64,000 bases of DNA from Nitrospirota bacterium (GCA_963749655.1 CAVVOB010000030.1:96001-160000), one strand, 5' to 3'. Counted from the stretch's first letter, positions 20,081-30,670 are shown. Notes: generated from the sequence alone by a model not told the origin. Numbers and translations are program-made.

Positions 20081-21952
20081 GATGAACTCGTAAGAAGTCA
20101 CGCAGCATGAAGAGCCGCATGCCGTATCTCAGCCCCTCGCAAGCAGTCGAAAGGCCTGATCGTACGGAAAACACGCTGCAATCGCTCTTTGACAGCACAA
20201 GACAACATGGTAAAAACGGATGTGGGGGCTGATTCTCCTCCGGTTTCTCGTTTCTGGAACGCTGCTGCCCGGATGATATTGATTCCAGCGGCTTTCAGGT
20301 ATGCGGCGAAGCTCACAGCAGACATGCCTCAGACGCGAAGATTCTTAAGTCCGGTCAAGCGATCAAGCTGGGACATCGTCCCTTCAATACCCGCTCGGAA
20401 GCGGTACCGGTCCCGAAATTCGGGGGATGCTTCGTACACACGTCGCTGGGCAAGACGGATCGCGTTATCGTCATACCTGAGAGAGCGTCCTTTTTTGACG
20501 GGCTTCGTCGGACACGTTTTCTTGCGGGAACAGCCTCGACAGGTCCTTTTTGAAAAGAACGCGATGTGCCTATCATCGAGGCATTGGGTATGTTCCGGCA
20601 CACGTCCTGCCGGGCATAAGGTGACTTCGCGCTCGCTGTTCATGGTGAATTCTGTGAGCGAAAAGGCCGTAGGTCCTGCACCCTTGACCGGTGAAACAAT
20701 TTCAACACCCAGAGTCTCTGCCTTCCGGCAGTTTTCGACACCGCCGTAAAGGGTATCGGCAAGGGCTTCCTTCGGCTTCAGGCCAAGCTTCGCAGTGGTT
20801 TCGATGAGTGGGATCAAGGCATGTGCGTCGCGCTTGTGTGCAGGTTCGGCGATCACCGCAGTAATCAAATTCAGGGTGTCGGCGTCTTCGGAAGTGTCAT
20901 AGCTTTCGGCCACCTGCATCTGATAGCCTTGGCCCTTATAGCCGTTATATCCGGCATCAGGGTCGGAAGGGTTCTGCAACGAGTCGGACGGCACTTCTTT
21001 GTTCGCTTTGACCGAAACCTGAGTTGTATGAGTGTCAACTCGTTCCAAGATGCATTGTTCCTGAAGCAGACGGACAAGCAGCTGATAACTGGTCATGGTG
21101 ACAACCGGCTCGTTACCCGTGAATCGCTCAACGAGGGTGAATAGATCCGCAGCCAGGTCGGCGAGTGTCTTCATCGATTCTGAAGGCTTGACCATCGAGA
21201 AGACGGCCTCTCCCTGTTTGGTCATGTACCGGTCGGATAGGGCCTTATCCAAAGCTGCGGAGAGATCTTTATGATGGCGCTTGAGGTTTACGAGGAACTT
21301 CTTGATGGTCTTGACGAACAGCCCGATCCGGCCTAGATGACGCATGTTGGAAAAGATATGGACCGAGTCGAAGCGCTGCTTCGAGACATCGACTTTGAAC
21401 ACATCAGCAAGCTTCTTCGTAACTTCGTCGAAGATGTCCTGGTACAAGTTCCGCTCGGTCAGGACATTCCGCATGGTCCAGAGGGTTTTGGGACTGACAT
21501 AGGCGTCGGCATCGGCAGTACTGGTGATGTTCAAGGCGTAATGCCACTGCAGGTTATAGGCGAACTGGTCTACTGCTTCCTCGTCGGTCAGATCGTGCAT
21601 CTGCTGGATCACCATGAGGCCGAGCATGGCGTAAAGCTCCTTGGTCGGGGCTCCCATGAGCGGATCATACGTGGAGAACACCTTCTCGACTGGAAGTGTG
21701 GGAAGGATGTGCCCCCGGAAAATATTTGCCCAAGACGCCTCGATGCGTTGCTTCCGCTTGGGTCCTAAGAAGGGAAACGGGTCGAACATGTCGGGGGTTT
21801 TGTGATCCTTGATATGGATCATGTCGGCTCCTTAGGTGCAATGAGTGATACTGTTGTGTATCACAAAACCCCTTGTGCTGCAAAGGAAATATGATGATTC
21901 GCGTAACGTTTGTTTGGATGAGTCATCTCAATTCTGTTTTTACGAGACCATC
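20081..21952 (-). mobile_element. IS with GATGAACTCGTAAGAAG ends (ISNCY/ISDol1-like); transposase has an internal TGA
   Basis: Ends GATGAACTCGTAAGAA / TTTTTACGAGACCATC; 6-bp near-TSD ATATGT/ATGTGT; ORF 20329..21822 continues in frame as 20098..20325. Confidence 0.82.
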
Positions 21953-21980
21953 ATGTGTAGATGATCGAGGCCGTAGAGAT

Positions 21981-21995
21981 AATAACTTGTTAGTT
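21981..21995 (+). other. Putative attI-like site (AATAACTTGTTAG)
   Basis: TAAC...GTTA simple-site geometry just upstream of the first low-GC cassette-like gene. Confidence 0.35.
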
Positions 21996-22044
21996 TTCAA
22001 ATACGAGAAGTCAATTCCTATTCAATTGCTTTTTGGAGATGCAG

Positions 22045-23952
22045 ATGGATTTTGCCGAAATTAACAAGTTCGCACGCCTAGCTTTTTCTACAAAAGAAAT
22101 GGCAAAATCATGCGTAGAGACTTTTGCCCGTAGCGCAATAGAAGAGGAAAAAAAGAAAATTAAGGGCGGTGATAATTGGATAGATTCGTGGCTTGAATAC
22201 TATTCTGTTCGCGTAAAAGATTATTCGTCAAGTGCCGTTGACATCATTTTTAAACATGCCGAATCTGAAATAGAAACATTATTTCTTGGTACGCTCTTGT
22301 TAGCATACCTTCGTTCAAATCCCATGGGCCTTATATTTAAAGGACCATTGAAAAATGTGAACAAAGATTTGAAAGGATTAAGAGACGATATAAATAATTC
22401 GCTAGCCTACTGGAATATGTTCGCAAGTTCAATTGTGAAGTGCAACACCTGGGATAGCAACAAGGAATCTGCTATCCTAGATGACTATGTCAAAAACCTA
22501 TGTTCATCTTACCGAAGCTGAGCGTGAGATCATAGCAAGTATGCACTGGGAGGGCAAAGGCCCCTCCGAAATTGCCCGGACGATCGGCCGCGACAAGGGA
22601 ACGATCTCCCGCGAGCTTAGACGTAACGCCTCTCAGGGATATAGCTGTTACACCCCCTGTCAGGCGCAAAAACGATCGGTTCAGAGAAAACTGACAGCAC
22701 GTCATAGCCGGCCGTTGCTTAAGAGCAAGAAGATCCAGCGCTACGTCAGGCAAAAGCTGAAACTAGGCTGGTCCCCGGAGATCATCGCCGGTCGCTTAAA
22801 GAAAAACGGTCAGTCGATAAGCCATGAAGCGATCTATCAGTTTATTTACCATCGGGACACTCCCGATGGTAATCAACTTATCTCCCAACTCTGTCGCGCC
22901 CATCGGAAACGGCGCATTAAGGGAAAAGGGAGAAAAGTACGAAAAACCAAGATTCCCAATAGGGTTCCGATTGCTGCTAGGCCAAAGGCCGTTGACCAGC
23001 GTAAGCAAGTCGGTCATTGGGAGAGCGATACAATAATCTCTCGCAAAAGCAAGGTAGCGCTTCACAGCATGACCGAACGTGTAACCCGGCTACTTCGGCT
23101 GACGAAGATAAAAAGTAAGTCAGCCGCCGAAACGAATAAGGCGGTCACAAAAGTACTCAAGAAGCTTCCGCCTAAGGCGAAAAGAACGCTCACCATGGAC
23201 AATGGCACGGAGAACGCCAGTCACGAAGTGCTGACAGAAACACTTGGCATCAAGTGCTACTTCGCATATCCCTATGCTGCATGGCAACGTGGTTCGAATG
23301 AGCAGGTAAATGGCCTCATCCGCCGCTACTTGCCAAAGGGAACCGACTTCAGTAAGATTGACAAAGATCAGATCAAAAAGATCGAGAAGCTAATTAACAA
23401 TCGACCCAGAAAATGTCTGGGATTTAAAACACCAGTAGAAGTTGCTAGCTCATTTGTTGCACTTCAAAGTTGAATGTGGCGTTTGAAAAGGAGTGTGGCG
23501 AAGGTAAATCGTTTGATGATTTTAGTTCCTGGTTATCATCATTAGAAAAGAAAGTTGGCCGTAAGATACCGTTTAAAGAACAACTAATTGAAACGGTGTC
23601 GCTTGATCAAATTCAAATATTTGATACTTTTCATTTGGCTGTTCAAGCCACTTTCCCGGATATCAAGGTTAATGGCAAGCACATCAGAACGGATATTCTA
23701 ATTTGGATTCCCAAAATGGAAAACGTTCAGATTGTCATTGAATGTGATGGTTTCCAGACTCACGGAGAAAAGGATAAATTCATATCTGATCGCAAAAGAG
23801 ACAGAGCTTTAAAAACAAATGGTTTCGAGGTTCTAAGGTATTCAGGTAGTGAAATTTACAATGATCCCATAAAAAGCAGCTACGACTTGTTTGATTTTAT
23901 TCAAGGCAAATGGAAGGCGATCAAAGAAAATCAACAGCAAAAGCGTAACTGA
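22045..23952 (+). pseudogene. DUF559/Vsr-like endonuclease-domain protein interrupted by IS30
   Basis: N-half ends YWNM-F and resumes EKECGEGK; C-terminal 'RTDIL...VIECDGFQTH...DRKRDR.L...GFEVLRYSGSEI'; low GC. Confidence 0.8.
22422..23481 (+). mobile_element. IS30-family insertion sequence with intact transposase (22481..23473)
   Basis: TIR cores TTCAATTGTGAAGTGCAACA / TGTTGCACTTCAAAGTTGAA; 2-3 bp TSD; GHWESDT, TMDNGTE, NEQVNGLIRRYLPKG. Confidence 0.93.
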
Positions 23953-23993
23953 ACCAAACTACGCTGCTCATATATATTATTGCGAAGCTGATA

Positions 23994-24053
23994 TTCCAAC
24001 CAGCCGGTCCACAGCGACGCGCCAGAAGGCGGCGCGTGACCGGCGCGTTGAGC
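23994..24053 (+). other. Integron attC-like site (60 bp)
   Basis: TTCCAAC...GCCGGTCCAC...CGCGCC-AGAA-GGCGGCGCGTGACCGGC...GTTGAGC imperfect palindrome just after a gene end. Confidence 0.7.
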
Positions 24054-24557
24054 CTGTAGGAAAAGTCCTGAAAAGGCCTTTTTTGCACTTCCAAGACAGC
24101 GACGAATTTTTGCTGATGCTAATAGGAATGGCGATGGCGACGATTCTGAGCCCTAATGACAGGCTCATTCTCACTCGGCCATCATCGAACGACATTGCGG
24201 CAGTTTAATCGCGATATGCGAAGACTGGCGCGTTGGGGTTCAAAAAGGGACTTATTCTACAGACTCGTTGAGTCTGTGCTTATCCAACGTATCTCGCTCT
24301 CTATGGTATGGAGTTTGTGTTGCCCCCGGCAAGAAAAAAGAGCGTAAGTTATTCGGCTTTAATCTTCCAAAATCTGGTATGTCTCGTTATGCGGCTCATT
24401 TCTTCGGTACCTTTGTCACCCTGCTCTTGCTTTTACCGATGGGCTGGGCATTTTATGAGGCTGTTGTTTCCCCAGGAAAACAGGTGCAGTTTATCGATAA
24501 TATAATGTACAGTAGAATTCTTCCGCCTATACTGACGAGGCGACGGGCGCAGAACCC

Positions 24558-24848
24558 TTACGCCGCTCGTCGCAAAGCGGCCTTCAGCGCCTTGCGCTTG
24601 TCCTTTAGCCGCCACAAATCATAGGTCGTTTGCATATTGAGCCATGTCTGTGCCGTGGAGCCAAAGACCAATTCAAGACGGAGGGCCATTTCAGGAGTAA
24701 CAGCGCCCTTTCCATTGAGGATCTTATACAATGTCTTTCGCGAAACACCAAGCAGGTCTGCCGCATCAGCGACGGACAGGCCTTTCGGCTCCAAACAGAG
24801 CCCTTTTATTAATTCTCCCGGATGGGCCGGATTGTGCATTGTAGCCAT
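24558..24848 (-). CDS. higA: HigA antitoxin
   Basis: [21 protein letters not shown]...WLNMQ..YDL. Confidence 0.92.
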   Translation of the reverse strand: MATMHNPAHPGELIKGLCLEPKGLSVADAADLLGVSRKTLYKILNGKGAVTPEMALRLELVFGSTAQTWLNMQTTYDLWRLKDKRKALKAALRRAA

Positions 24849-24858
24849 GAGATTCTCC

Positions 24859-25137
24859 TTAATGATAATCTTCGTAATTTACAACGTGCGCGTTGCCGTT
24901 TTCAAACCGGAACGTTACCCGCCAGTTTGCCTGAACGGTCACGGCCCAAGAATCGTTCCGTGTTCCCTTTAGTTTGTGCAGTTTTAACGCCGGCAACCTC
25001 ATACCCTCCACCGTTGGTGCGGCGTCAAGGAGACTTAGAATTAACCGGAGCTTAGCGGCGTGAATCGCCTGAATCCCCGAAACGCTTCCCGTGCGATAGA
25101 AGCGTTCGAGGCCTTTATGAGTAAAGGAAGCGATCAC
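24859..25137 (-). CDS. higB: HigB toxin (RelE family)
   Basis: [13 protein letters not shown]...LHKLKG...[15 protein letters not shown]...YEDYH. Confidence 0.92.
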   Translation of the reverse strand: MIASFTHKGLERFYRTGSVSGIQAIHAAKLRLILSLLDAAPTVEGMRLPALKLHKLKGTRNDSWAVTVQANWRVTFRFENGNAHVVNYEDYH

Positions 25138-25142
25138 GGATA

Positions 25143-25172
25143 AATTGTAACCTAAAGGGTAACAAGAGTCAA
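25143..25172 (-). promoter_or_regulatory. higBA promoter with palindromic operator
   Basis: TTGACT...TACAAT on minus strand overlapping TGTAACC-TAAAG-GGTAACA. Confidence 0.6.
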
Positions 25173-25230
25173 GCTTTTTTCTGTCAAGCTTTTTTCAAGC
25201 ATGCGGTTTAGTGCTTTAAATAAACGATGA

Positions 25231-25264
25231 TTCCAACTAGCGGCTCGACAGCGACGCGTTGAAG
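25231..25264 (+). other. Internally deleted attC-like site
   Basis: TTCCAAC..GC...CAGCGACGCG|TTGA matches the 23994 site with its middle removed between CGCG microhomologies. Confidence 0.5.
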
Positions 25265-25400
25265 GTGTAGGAAAAGTCGTTTTGTGCTATACTGGCGCCG
25301 TCGAAACGCACTTCTGAGTCATAAAAACCCCTCACCCATGGGAGATGCATGGCGGAGTACAAACACTATGACTATTCGCAAGGCAAGTTTATCCGATTGA
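25262..25400 (+). mobile_element. IS1182-like left end and transposase N-terminal remnant
   Basis: TGTAGGAAAAGTC end, then MAEYKHYDYSQGKFI at 25349. Confidence 0.5.
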
Positions 25401-25619
25401 TGAAGAGTATGCCATGGGCGAAGGAGTGGCATTAAAGATTAAGATAGATGAAAGTTCATGATGTAATTAATAACCATGACAGGCGACACAACAATCGGCT
25501 CGATTCTGTCCGCTTCGCCAGCGGGTTCATCTTCGCGGTTAACCGAAGAAAAGTAGAGTGATCGGCCAGGAACCGAAATTTGTGCAGCAGAGGTACTGAG
25601 TTTAATTCGAGGGACAACT

Positions 25620-25968
25620 ATGCTCAAAGCGCTTTGGACAGCCATGCTTGTTTTCATTCCATTCGGAGTATTCGTTCTAATCACTTCTTTCATCCTGAAT
25701 ATCCCTTCCATCTATCGTTTCTTGCACGCGAAGAGTTACGTTCTTTATTCTCTCGCTTGCGGGCATTGCACTGACATGCCTGTATTTCTATACTCTCAAT
25801 CGCACGCTGGTTCAGAAAGTCGAGGTGATCGCTCAGTGGCAGCCCCTGGTTCGCTGGATCGCCGTCATCGTGATCGGGACCGGGGCGGCAGTGATCGTCA
25901 GCGTTGTTTTTTTGGTCGTTGTCCTTCTCATTGCGTATATAGCCACGTATGGAAAACGCATGACGTAG
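25620..25968 (+). CDS. Small membrane protein, frameshifted near 25730
   Basis: Hydrophobic N-half continues in another frame as VTFFILSLAGIAL...IATYGKRMT*. Confidence 0.45.
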
Positions 25969-26179
25969 GCATTTCTCAACTGTTCTGAGTATCATGTAGC
26001 TTTGGGGATGGCCCGTGAATTCCGCCTCCTGCGGCATTGAACATGACAGAAACTTATGAACCAAGAGGGATGATGCTTATCAGATGTCACGCTTATAGTT
26101 TTTGTTACGCGCCGGCCGATACGCGGCGTGTGAACTTCGCTTTATCCGTAGAAAAATTTTATATAACAGGAGGCGAAGA

Positions 26180-27394
26180 TTGAGAACCGTTAAGTGTATT
26201 CTGATGCTGGCATTCGCGGGTTTTTTGACCGCCTGTGCAACAACTCACTCAACAAATTCTGCACAGCAGGCAAGGCCGCCGTTGAGCGACAATTCCCTCG
26301 ACTCCCAGCTGGATGAGCTCAGTCGGAAGATCAGCGGCAATTTATCCCAGCAGACAAAGCCCAAGATCGCGGTGATCGAATTTACCGATCTGAGTGGGAA
26401 CGTCACCGATCTGGGGAAATTTCTTGCCGAGGAATTGACCACGAAACTGTTTACTGCGGGAAAATTTCAGGTAATCGAACGACGCCTCATTGAAAAAATA
26501 CTGAAAGAGCAACAGCTGAGCATGACCGGGGTGGTGGACGAGAAGACGGCCATGAAAGTCGGATCGCTTCTGGGCGTCGACGTCATCGCGACCGGGACGA
26601 CCGCCGATCTTGGAGCAAGCGTCAAGGTCAATGCCAGGACTATTTCCGTCGGAAAGGGGACCGTTTTCTCCGTTGCTTCGGTCATGATTGCAAAGAACGA
26701 TCAGGTAAAGATGCTAATGGGAAAATACGTCGGGCCCGCGACAGTTGTCAGCGCCTTGCGGGAGCGCGATATCAGCGGCACTTGGAAATTTGTCTGCTGC
26801 AGCGGCAAGTACTGGGGAGAAATCGATCTGACCCTGGACGAGAACAACAAGATAAAAGGCCAGTTCTACGACATGGCCAACAAGTCAGGCGGTACGATCG
26901 ACGGGACCGTCAAGGGCGACGACGTCCTCTTTACCCGAAATAAAGGCGAACAGGACTACAAACTTACGCTCAGCGCCGACGGGAAAACCATGTCGGGATT
27001 TTTTGTGGGCATTCACGACGGCTCCGTGGGGACCGAGGTAGCGATGACCAGAAAGAGCCCGCCGGACGCGCCATCGGGAGAAAAAGCATTTACCCAGTGG
27101 AGGGGAGCTGACGAGTTCGGCAGGGAAATGGACCGGTACTGGAAGGACGGCTATTACCCGGCCGTTGTGGAGGGACGCAACCATGAAGGGCGGAACGAGT
27201 TCAGAGCTACTGTACAGCCCTTTCCTAAAAGGGCCTGGTGGTTCTACTGGTGGTATGACCAAACAGGAAGCTCTTACGAGGAGCACAGGAAAAGGCTGAC
27301 AGCGGAAGGCTTCCGGGAAATTCATGTGCAAATATTCACGGACCGTGAGGGCATGCGGAAATATCAGACTTGCTGGATTAAATACGGATCATAA
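26180..27394 (+). CDS. Lipoprotein with CsgG/FlgO-like domain and extra C-terminal domains
   Basis: Lipobox LTAC; KIAVIEF...FQVIERR.IEKILKEQ...VGSLLGVD. Confidence 0.75.
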   Translation: MRTVKCILMLAFAGFLTACATTHSTNSAQQARPPLSDNSLDSQLDELSRKISGNLSQQTKPKIAVIEFTDLSGNVTDLGKFLAEELTTKLFTAGKFQVIERRLIEKILKEQQLSMTGVVDEKTAMKVGSLLGVDVIATGTTADLGASVKVNARTISVGKGTVFSVASVMIAKNDQVKMLMGKYVGPATVVSALRERDISGTWKFVCCSGKYWGEIDLTLDENNKIKGQFYDMANKSGGTIDGTVKGDDVLFTRNKGEQDYKLTLSADGKTMSGFFVGIHDGSVGTEVAMTRKSPPDAPSGEKAFTQWRGADEFGREMDRYWKDGYYPAVVEGRNHEGRNEFRATVQPFPKRAWWFYWWYDQTGSSYEEHRKRLTAEGFREIHVQIFTDREGMRKYQTCWIKYGS

Positions 27395-27422
27395 GTCCCC
27401 TGTTGTCGAAAAGGAGAGGCAA

Positions 27423-28478
27423 TTGAAAATTCTCTATGGGTTGCCAAGCGAGGGCATGGGGCATGCCACTCGCAGCAATGTAATCGTATCACACCTTATA
27501 AAGAAACACGATGTGAGGATCGCAACGAGCGACAGGGCATACGTGTTCATGAAAGAACGCTTTCCCGACAGGGTTTATGAAATAAAAGGCTTTCATCTTG
27601 CTTACAGCAACGGAGGTGTTTCAAAATACCGCACGGCATCGATGCTGCTGAAAAACGGGCCGAAGGACCTGGTTGCCAATCTCCGGAAGTATCGACTGGT
27701 TCACAAAGAGTTCAAGCCGGACCTGGTGATCTCCGATTTCGACTCGTTTACGTTTTTCTTTGCCAAGCTCAACAAGATACCCCTCATCAGCATTGATAAT
27801 ATACAGGCGGTAAACCGCTGCACGCTTGATTTCCCGATCCCCGGATCAGAGAGGCAAAGTTATCAAATTGCCAGAAATATTGTTAAGGCGAAAGTGCCCA
27901 ATGCCGATTACTATTTGATCACCTCGTTTTTTAAAGCGCAGACAAAGAAAAAGAACACTTCACTCGTGCCGCCTATTCTCAGAGAGAAAATACTCAATAC
28001 AACCGGAAAACCAGGAGAGCACATACTTGTTTATCAGACTTCATCGAGCCAGAATAATATCATTCAGGTGCTGAACCGGATTTCGAATATGCCTTTTATC
28101 GTTTATGGATTCAATAAGAGCGAAATCCGCAACAATGTCACCTTAAAGAAATTCAGCGAGGACGGTTTTATCGAGGACCTTGCTTCAGCAAAGGCGGTAA
28201 TCTCCAATGGAGGCTTTTCCCTTCTGAGCGAGGCGGTTTATTTAAAAAAGCCCGTATGCAGCGTGCCGATAAAGGGACAATTCGAGCAATACGTCAATGC
28301 GGCGTATATCGAAAAATGTGGCTATGGAAGACATCTGCAGGAGTTTTCCGTTGACGGGATAAAATCATTCCTGTTTGATGTTGATACGTTTCAGAACAAC
28401 GTCAGCCGGTATGCACAGAACGGCAATAATGAAACGTTCCAAAAGCTCGATGAGATCATGACTCTGGTTACGAAGTAG
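27423..28478 (+). CDS. MJ1255/VC2487-like glycosyltransferase
   Basis: ILYG..SEGMGHATRS, PDLVISDF, NGGFSLLSEA, GQFEQ..NA. Confidence 0.8.
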   Translation: MKILYGLPSEGMGHATRSNVIVSHLIKKHDVRIATSDRAYVFMKERFPDRVYEIKGFHLAYSNGGVSKYRTASMLLKNGPKDLVANLRKYRLVHKEFKPDLVISDFDSFTFFFAKLNKIPLISIDNIQAVNRCTLDFPIPGSERQSYQIARNIVKAKVPNADYYLITSFFKAQTKKKNTSLVPPILREKILNTTGKPGEHILVYQTSSSQNNIIQVLNRISNMPFIVYGFNKSEIRNNVTLKKFSEDGFIEDLASAKAVISNGGFSLLSEAVYLKKPVCSVPIKGQFEQYVNAAYIEKCGYGRHLQEFSVDGIKSFLFDVDTFQNNVSRYAQNGNNETFQKLDEIMTLVTK

Positions 28479-28481
28479 GAC

Positions 28482-29023
28482 ATGATGGAAATAAAGCAAA
28501 AACCACGGTACCTTGAGCCGGCGCTTCTTCTTTCGTGGGTCGCGCTGACGGCATTTTTCTTCTCGGAAGTCGAGATCCAGATTGAAGGCGCCGCAGGCTG
28601 GGCTTCCAGCCTCCCCACCTGGAGGATAGAGAATCACTGGCTGCTCGATATATTCTGGGGCGGCAGGCCGATGACCGGGTATCATGCGTGGGTGTTCAGC
28701 TTTATGTTCCTCGTATTTCATCTCGGCGTGTTCATCAATCTCAAGTGGTCGCTGAGGATAGAAGCCAGAATAGTCGCAGCCCTCATGCTCTTCTGGATCA
28801 TAGAGGACTTTCTCTGGTTTGTACTGAACCCGGCTTTTGGAATCGATAATTTCTCCCGGAATAAGATCCCTGGCATAAACAATGGTTCTTGAGTATGCCT
28901 GTTGATTACTGGACGTTTACCGTTGTGTCGGCGCTTTTGATGTGGTTGTCTTACGCAAAATTCACGGGCAAAAGAAACAGCGTCAAATCGGGCAATAAAC
29001 GTGCGGCGCCTGACAACAAATAA
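28482..29023 (+). CDS. Membrane protein, -1 frameshift near 28870
   Basis: EIQIEGAAGWASSLPTWR...EDFLWFVLNP continues as IPWHKQWFL...DYW in another frame. Confidence 0.6.
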
Positions 29024-29037
29024 TAGAAGGAGACGAC

Positions 29038-29640
29038 GTGGACTCGAACTTCGATCTTGAGGCGAAACCTCTGGCCAGGGCGCTGATTTCATCTGCAGTG
29101 AAAGCGATAGTTCCCGCAGCAGAGCCGGATACGGTTCGTGCGCCGATAACACACAGGGACCTGCTGCAGCTCGGAATAACGCAGTTTGCACAGGCCATCT
29201 CAGACAAGGCGCTCCTGGTGCTGGGACGAAGCAGTATCTCTTCGAGCAACGTTCTGCCTGGAGACGCCCCTGTTATAATCGGCTTCAGTCTGTTCGTGAT
29301 GCTGGGGATAGTACAAGCGCTGAGCAAGGAGGGCATTCCTGTTGACGTAAAGGAGCTGACGGAACGGTTGATCGAGCAGCAGCTGTATCAAAAGATCGGG
29401 ACAACGGACAACGATCCAGCCGCAAAAAAGGAAATTCTTGAAATTTCCCGGATAGCGACGCAGATACCGGGCCAGATCGTCGAAACCGCAAAAGGGGAAG
29501 TGGAAGAGCTTTTCAGCAAATGCTATTCGGTGCTTCCCGGATTTGTGCAGGGCGATGATGAAACCAGGGGGCAGCTCATGCCGATATTCGGAACCGCACT
29601 GCATGTGCTTTTACAGGCGAAGGTCGAGCCGAATCGTTAA
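29038..29640 (+). CDS. Hypothetical protein
   Basis: 200-aa ORF, AAGGAG RBS, GTG start. Confidence 0.65.
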   Translation: MDSNFDLEAKPLARALISSAVKAIVPAAEPDTVRAPITHRDLLQLGITQFAQAISDKALLVLGRSSISSSNVLPGDAPVIIGFSLFVMLGIVQALSKEGIPVDVKELTERLIEQQLYQKIGTTDNDPAAKKEILEISRIATQIPGQIVETAKGEVEELFSKCYSVLPGFVQGDDETRGQLMPIFGTALHVLLQAKVEPNR

Positions 29641-29684
29641 AGTACTTTACGAACCAACATCTTGAATTTTAAGTCAAGTTTTGC

Positions 29685-29793
29685 AACCACAGGTCCGGCT
29701 TCGCCGGACACACAGATGAACACAGGTGAAAAGTTTTAAGCAAGTTTAATAAATTTGTTTCTATCCGTGTTTATCCGTGTTCATCTGTGGTTA
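29685..29793. repeat. 9-bp-period inverted repeat element (same family as 5700-5927)
   Basis: ACACAGATGAACACAGG ... ATCCGTGTTTATCCGTGTTCATCTGTGGTT. Confidence 0.75.
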
Positions 29794-29946
29794 CAAATTT
29801 CATTGGTCTGAGGCTTGCCTCGTTAAACTTTGATAGCCTGGTAAAAATTCGTCATTTCCGCTTGTCGGGAATCCTGTTGCCGCAAAATACACTGATAAGA
29901 TACGATTCCGGACAAGCTCCGACTGGTCGGGGCAGGCCGGCAGTTG

Positions 29947-30590
29947 GTAGGTTGGGCACCGGGGCCGTGCCCAACAAATCAAGCAGAAACTGATCACGGA
30001 AGCTGACGGATGCGTTATAAACGATCAAATGCTTCAGGTGCCACATATTTCTTTACGGTTGTTACACACGAGCGCCGAAGACTATTATGCGACGGCGAAA
30101 ACCCCCATCTGTTGAAGGCTGCATTTGAAACCGTGAGGGAGAGACATCCATTTACGATAGACGCAATCGTATTGCTTCCTGACCATATTCATTGTCTTTG
30201 GACCCTGCCTCGGAACGATGACGATTTTTCAAATCGATGGATGTTGATTAAAGGCATTTTTACCCGAACATGCAATGATCCGCTGCAAAGCGCGCCGAGT
30301 CCGAGCAGAACCATGAAAAGAGAACGAAATATCTGGCAGCGGCGCTTCTGGGAACACCAGATACGGGATGATGACGATCGTAAACGTCACACAGACTACA
30401 TTCACTACAACCCGGTGAAGCATGGTCTGGCCGCGTCTCCTTTTGCCTGGTGTTTTTCGAGCTTTCATCGACTTGTAAAGGAAGGTGTCTACCATCCGGA
30501 GTGGGGCGCAAAGGATCAGATAGATTTTGATAAAACTATCGGACGTGAATGAGAAAATGTTGGGCTTCACTTTGTTCAGCCCAACCTACA
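29947..30590. repeat. GTAG-type REP hairpins flanking RAYT (about 29947-29975 and 30558-30590); further copies near 31272 and 31631
   Basis: GTAGGTTGGGCAC...GTGCCCAAC; GTTGGGCT...AGCCCAACCTAC; AGGTCGGGT...ACCCGAC. Confidence 0.75.
30010..30552 (+). CDS. REP-associated tyrosine transposase (RAYT, HUH)
   Basis: GATYFFTVVT, LPDHIH, IWQRRFWEHQIRD, YIHYNPVKHGL; flanked by REP hairpins. Confidence 0.92.
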   Translation: MRYKRSNASGATYFFTVVTHERRRLLCDGENPHLLKAAFETVRERHPFTIDAIVLLPDHIHCLWTLPRNDDDFSNRWMLIKGIFTRTCNDPLQSAPSPSRTMKRERNIWQRRFWEHQIRDDDDRKRHTDYIHYNPVKHGLAASPFAWCFSSFHRLVKEGVYHPEWGAKDQIDFDKTIGRE

Positions 30591-30670
30591 ACTCTTGCGT
30601 GATTTTCGACTCTTTATGAACCATCAAGATTAAGGCTGACTGCAGCTATGGCAGCATAAGAGGATACCGG

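Larger units (their letters stand above)
18401..22064 (+). pseudogene. Hypothetical protein (KPGTKRLVEKYGDALLCVRFRYD...KTVELVVE) interrupted near its 3' end by two IS elements
   Basis: Removing the IS elements and their duplications rejoins ...ENYIYV to DDRGRRDNNLLV... (stop at 22064). Confidence 0.6.

Noticed and set aside
20329-20331. TGA in transposase as selenocysteine or recoding
   Set aside because: Context RV*G fits a CGA to TGA nonsense mutation in an old IS
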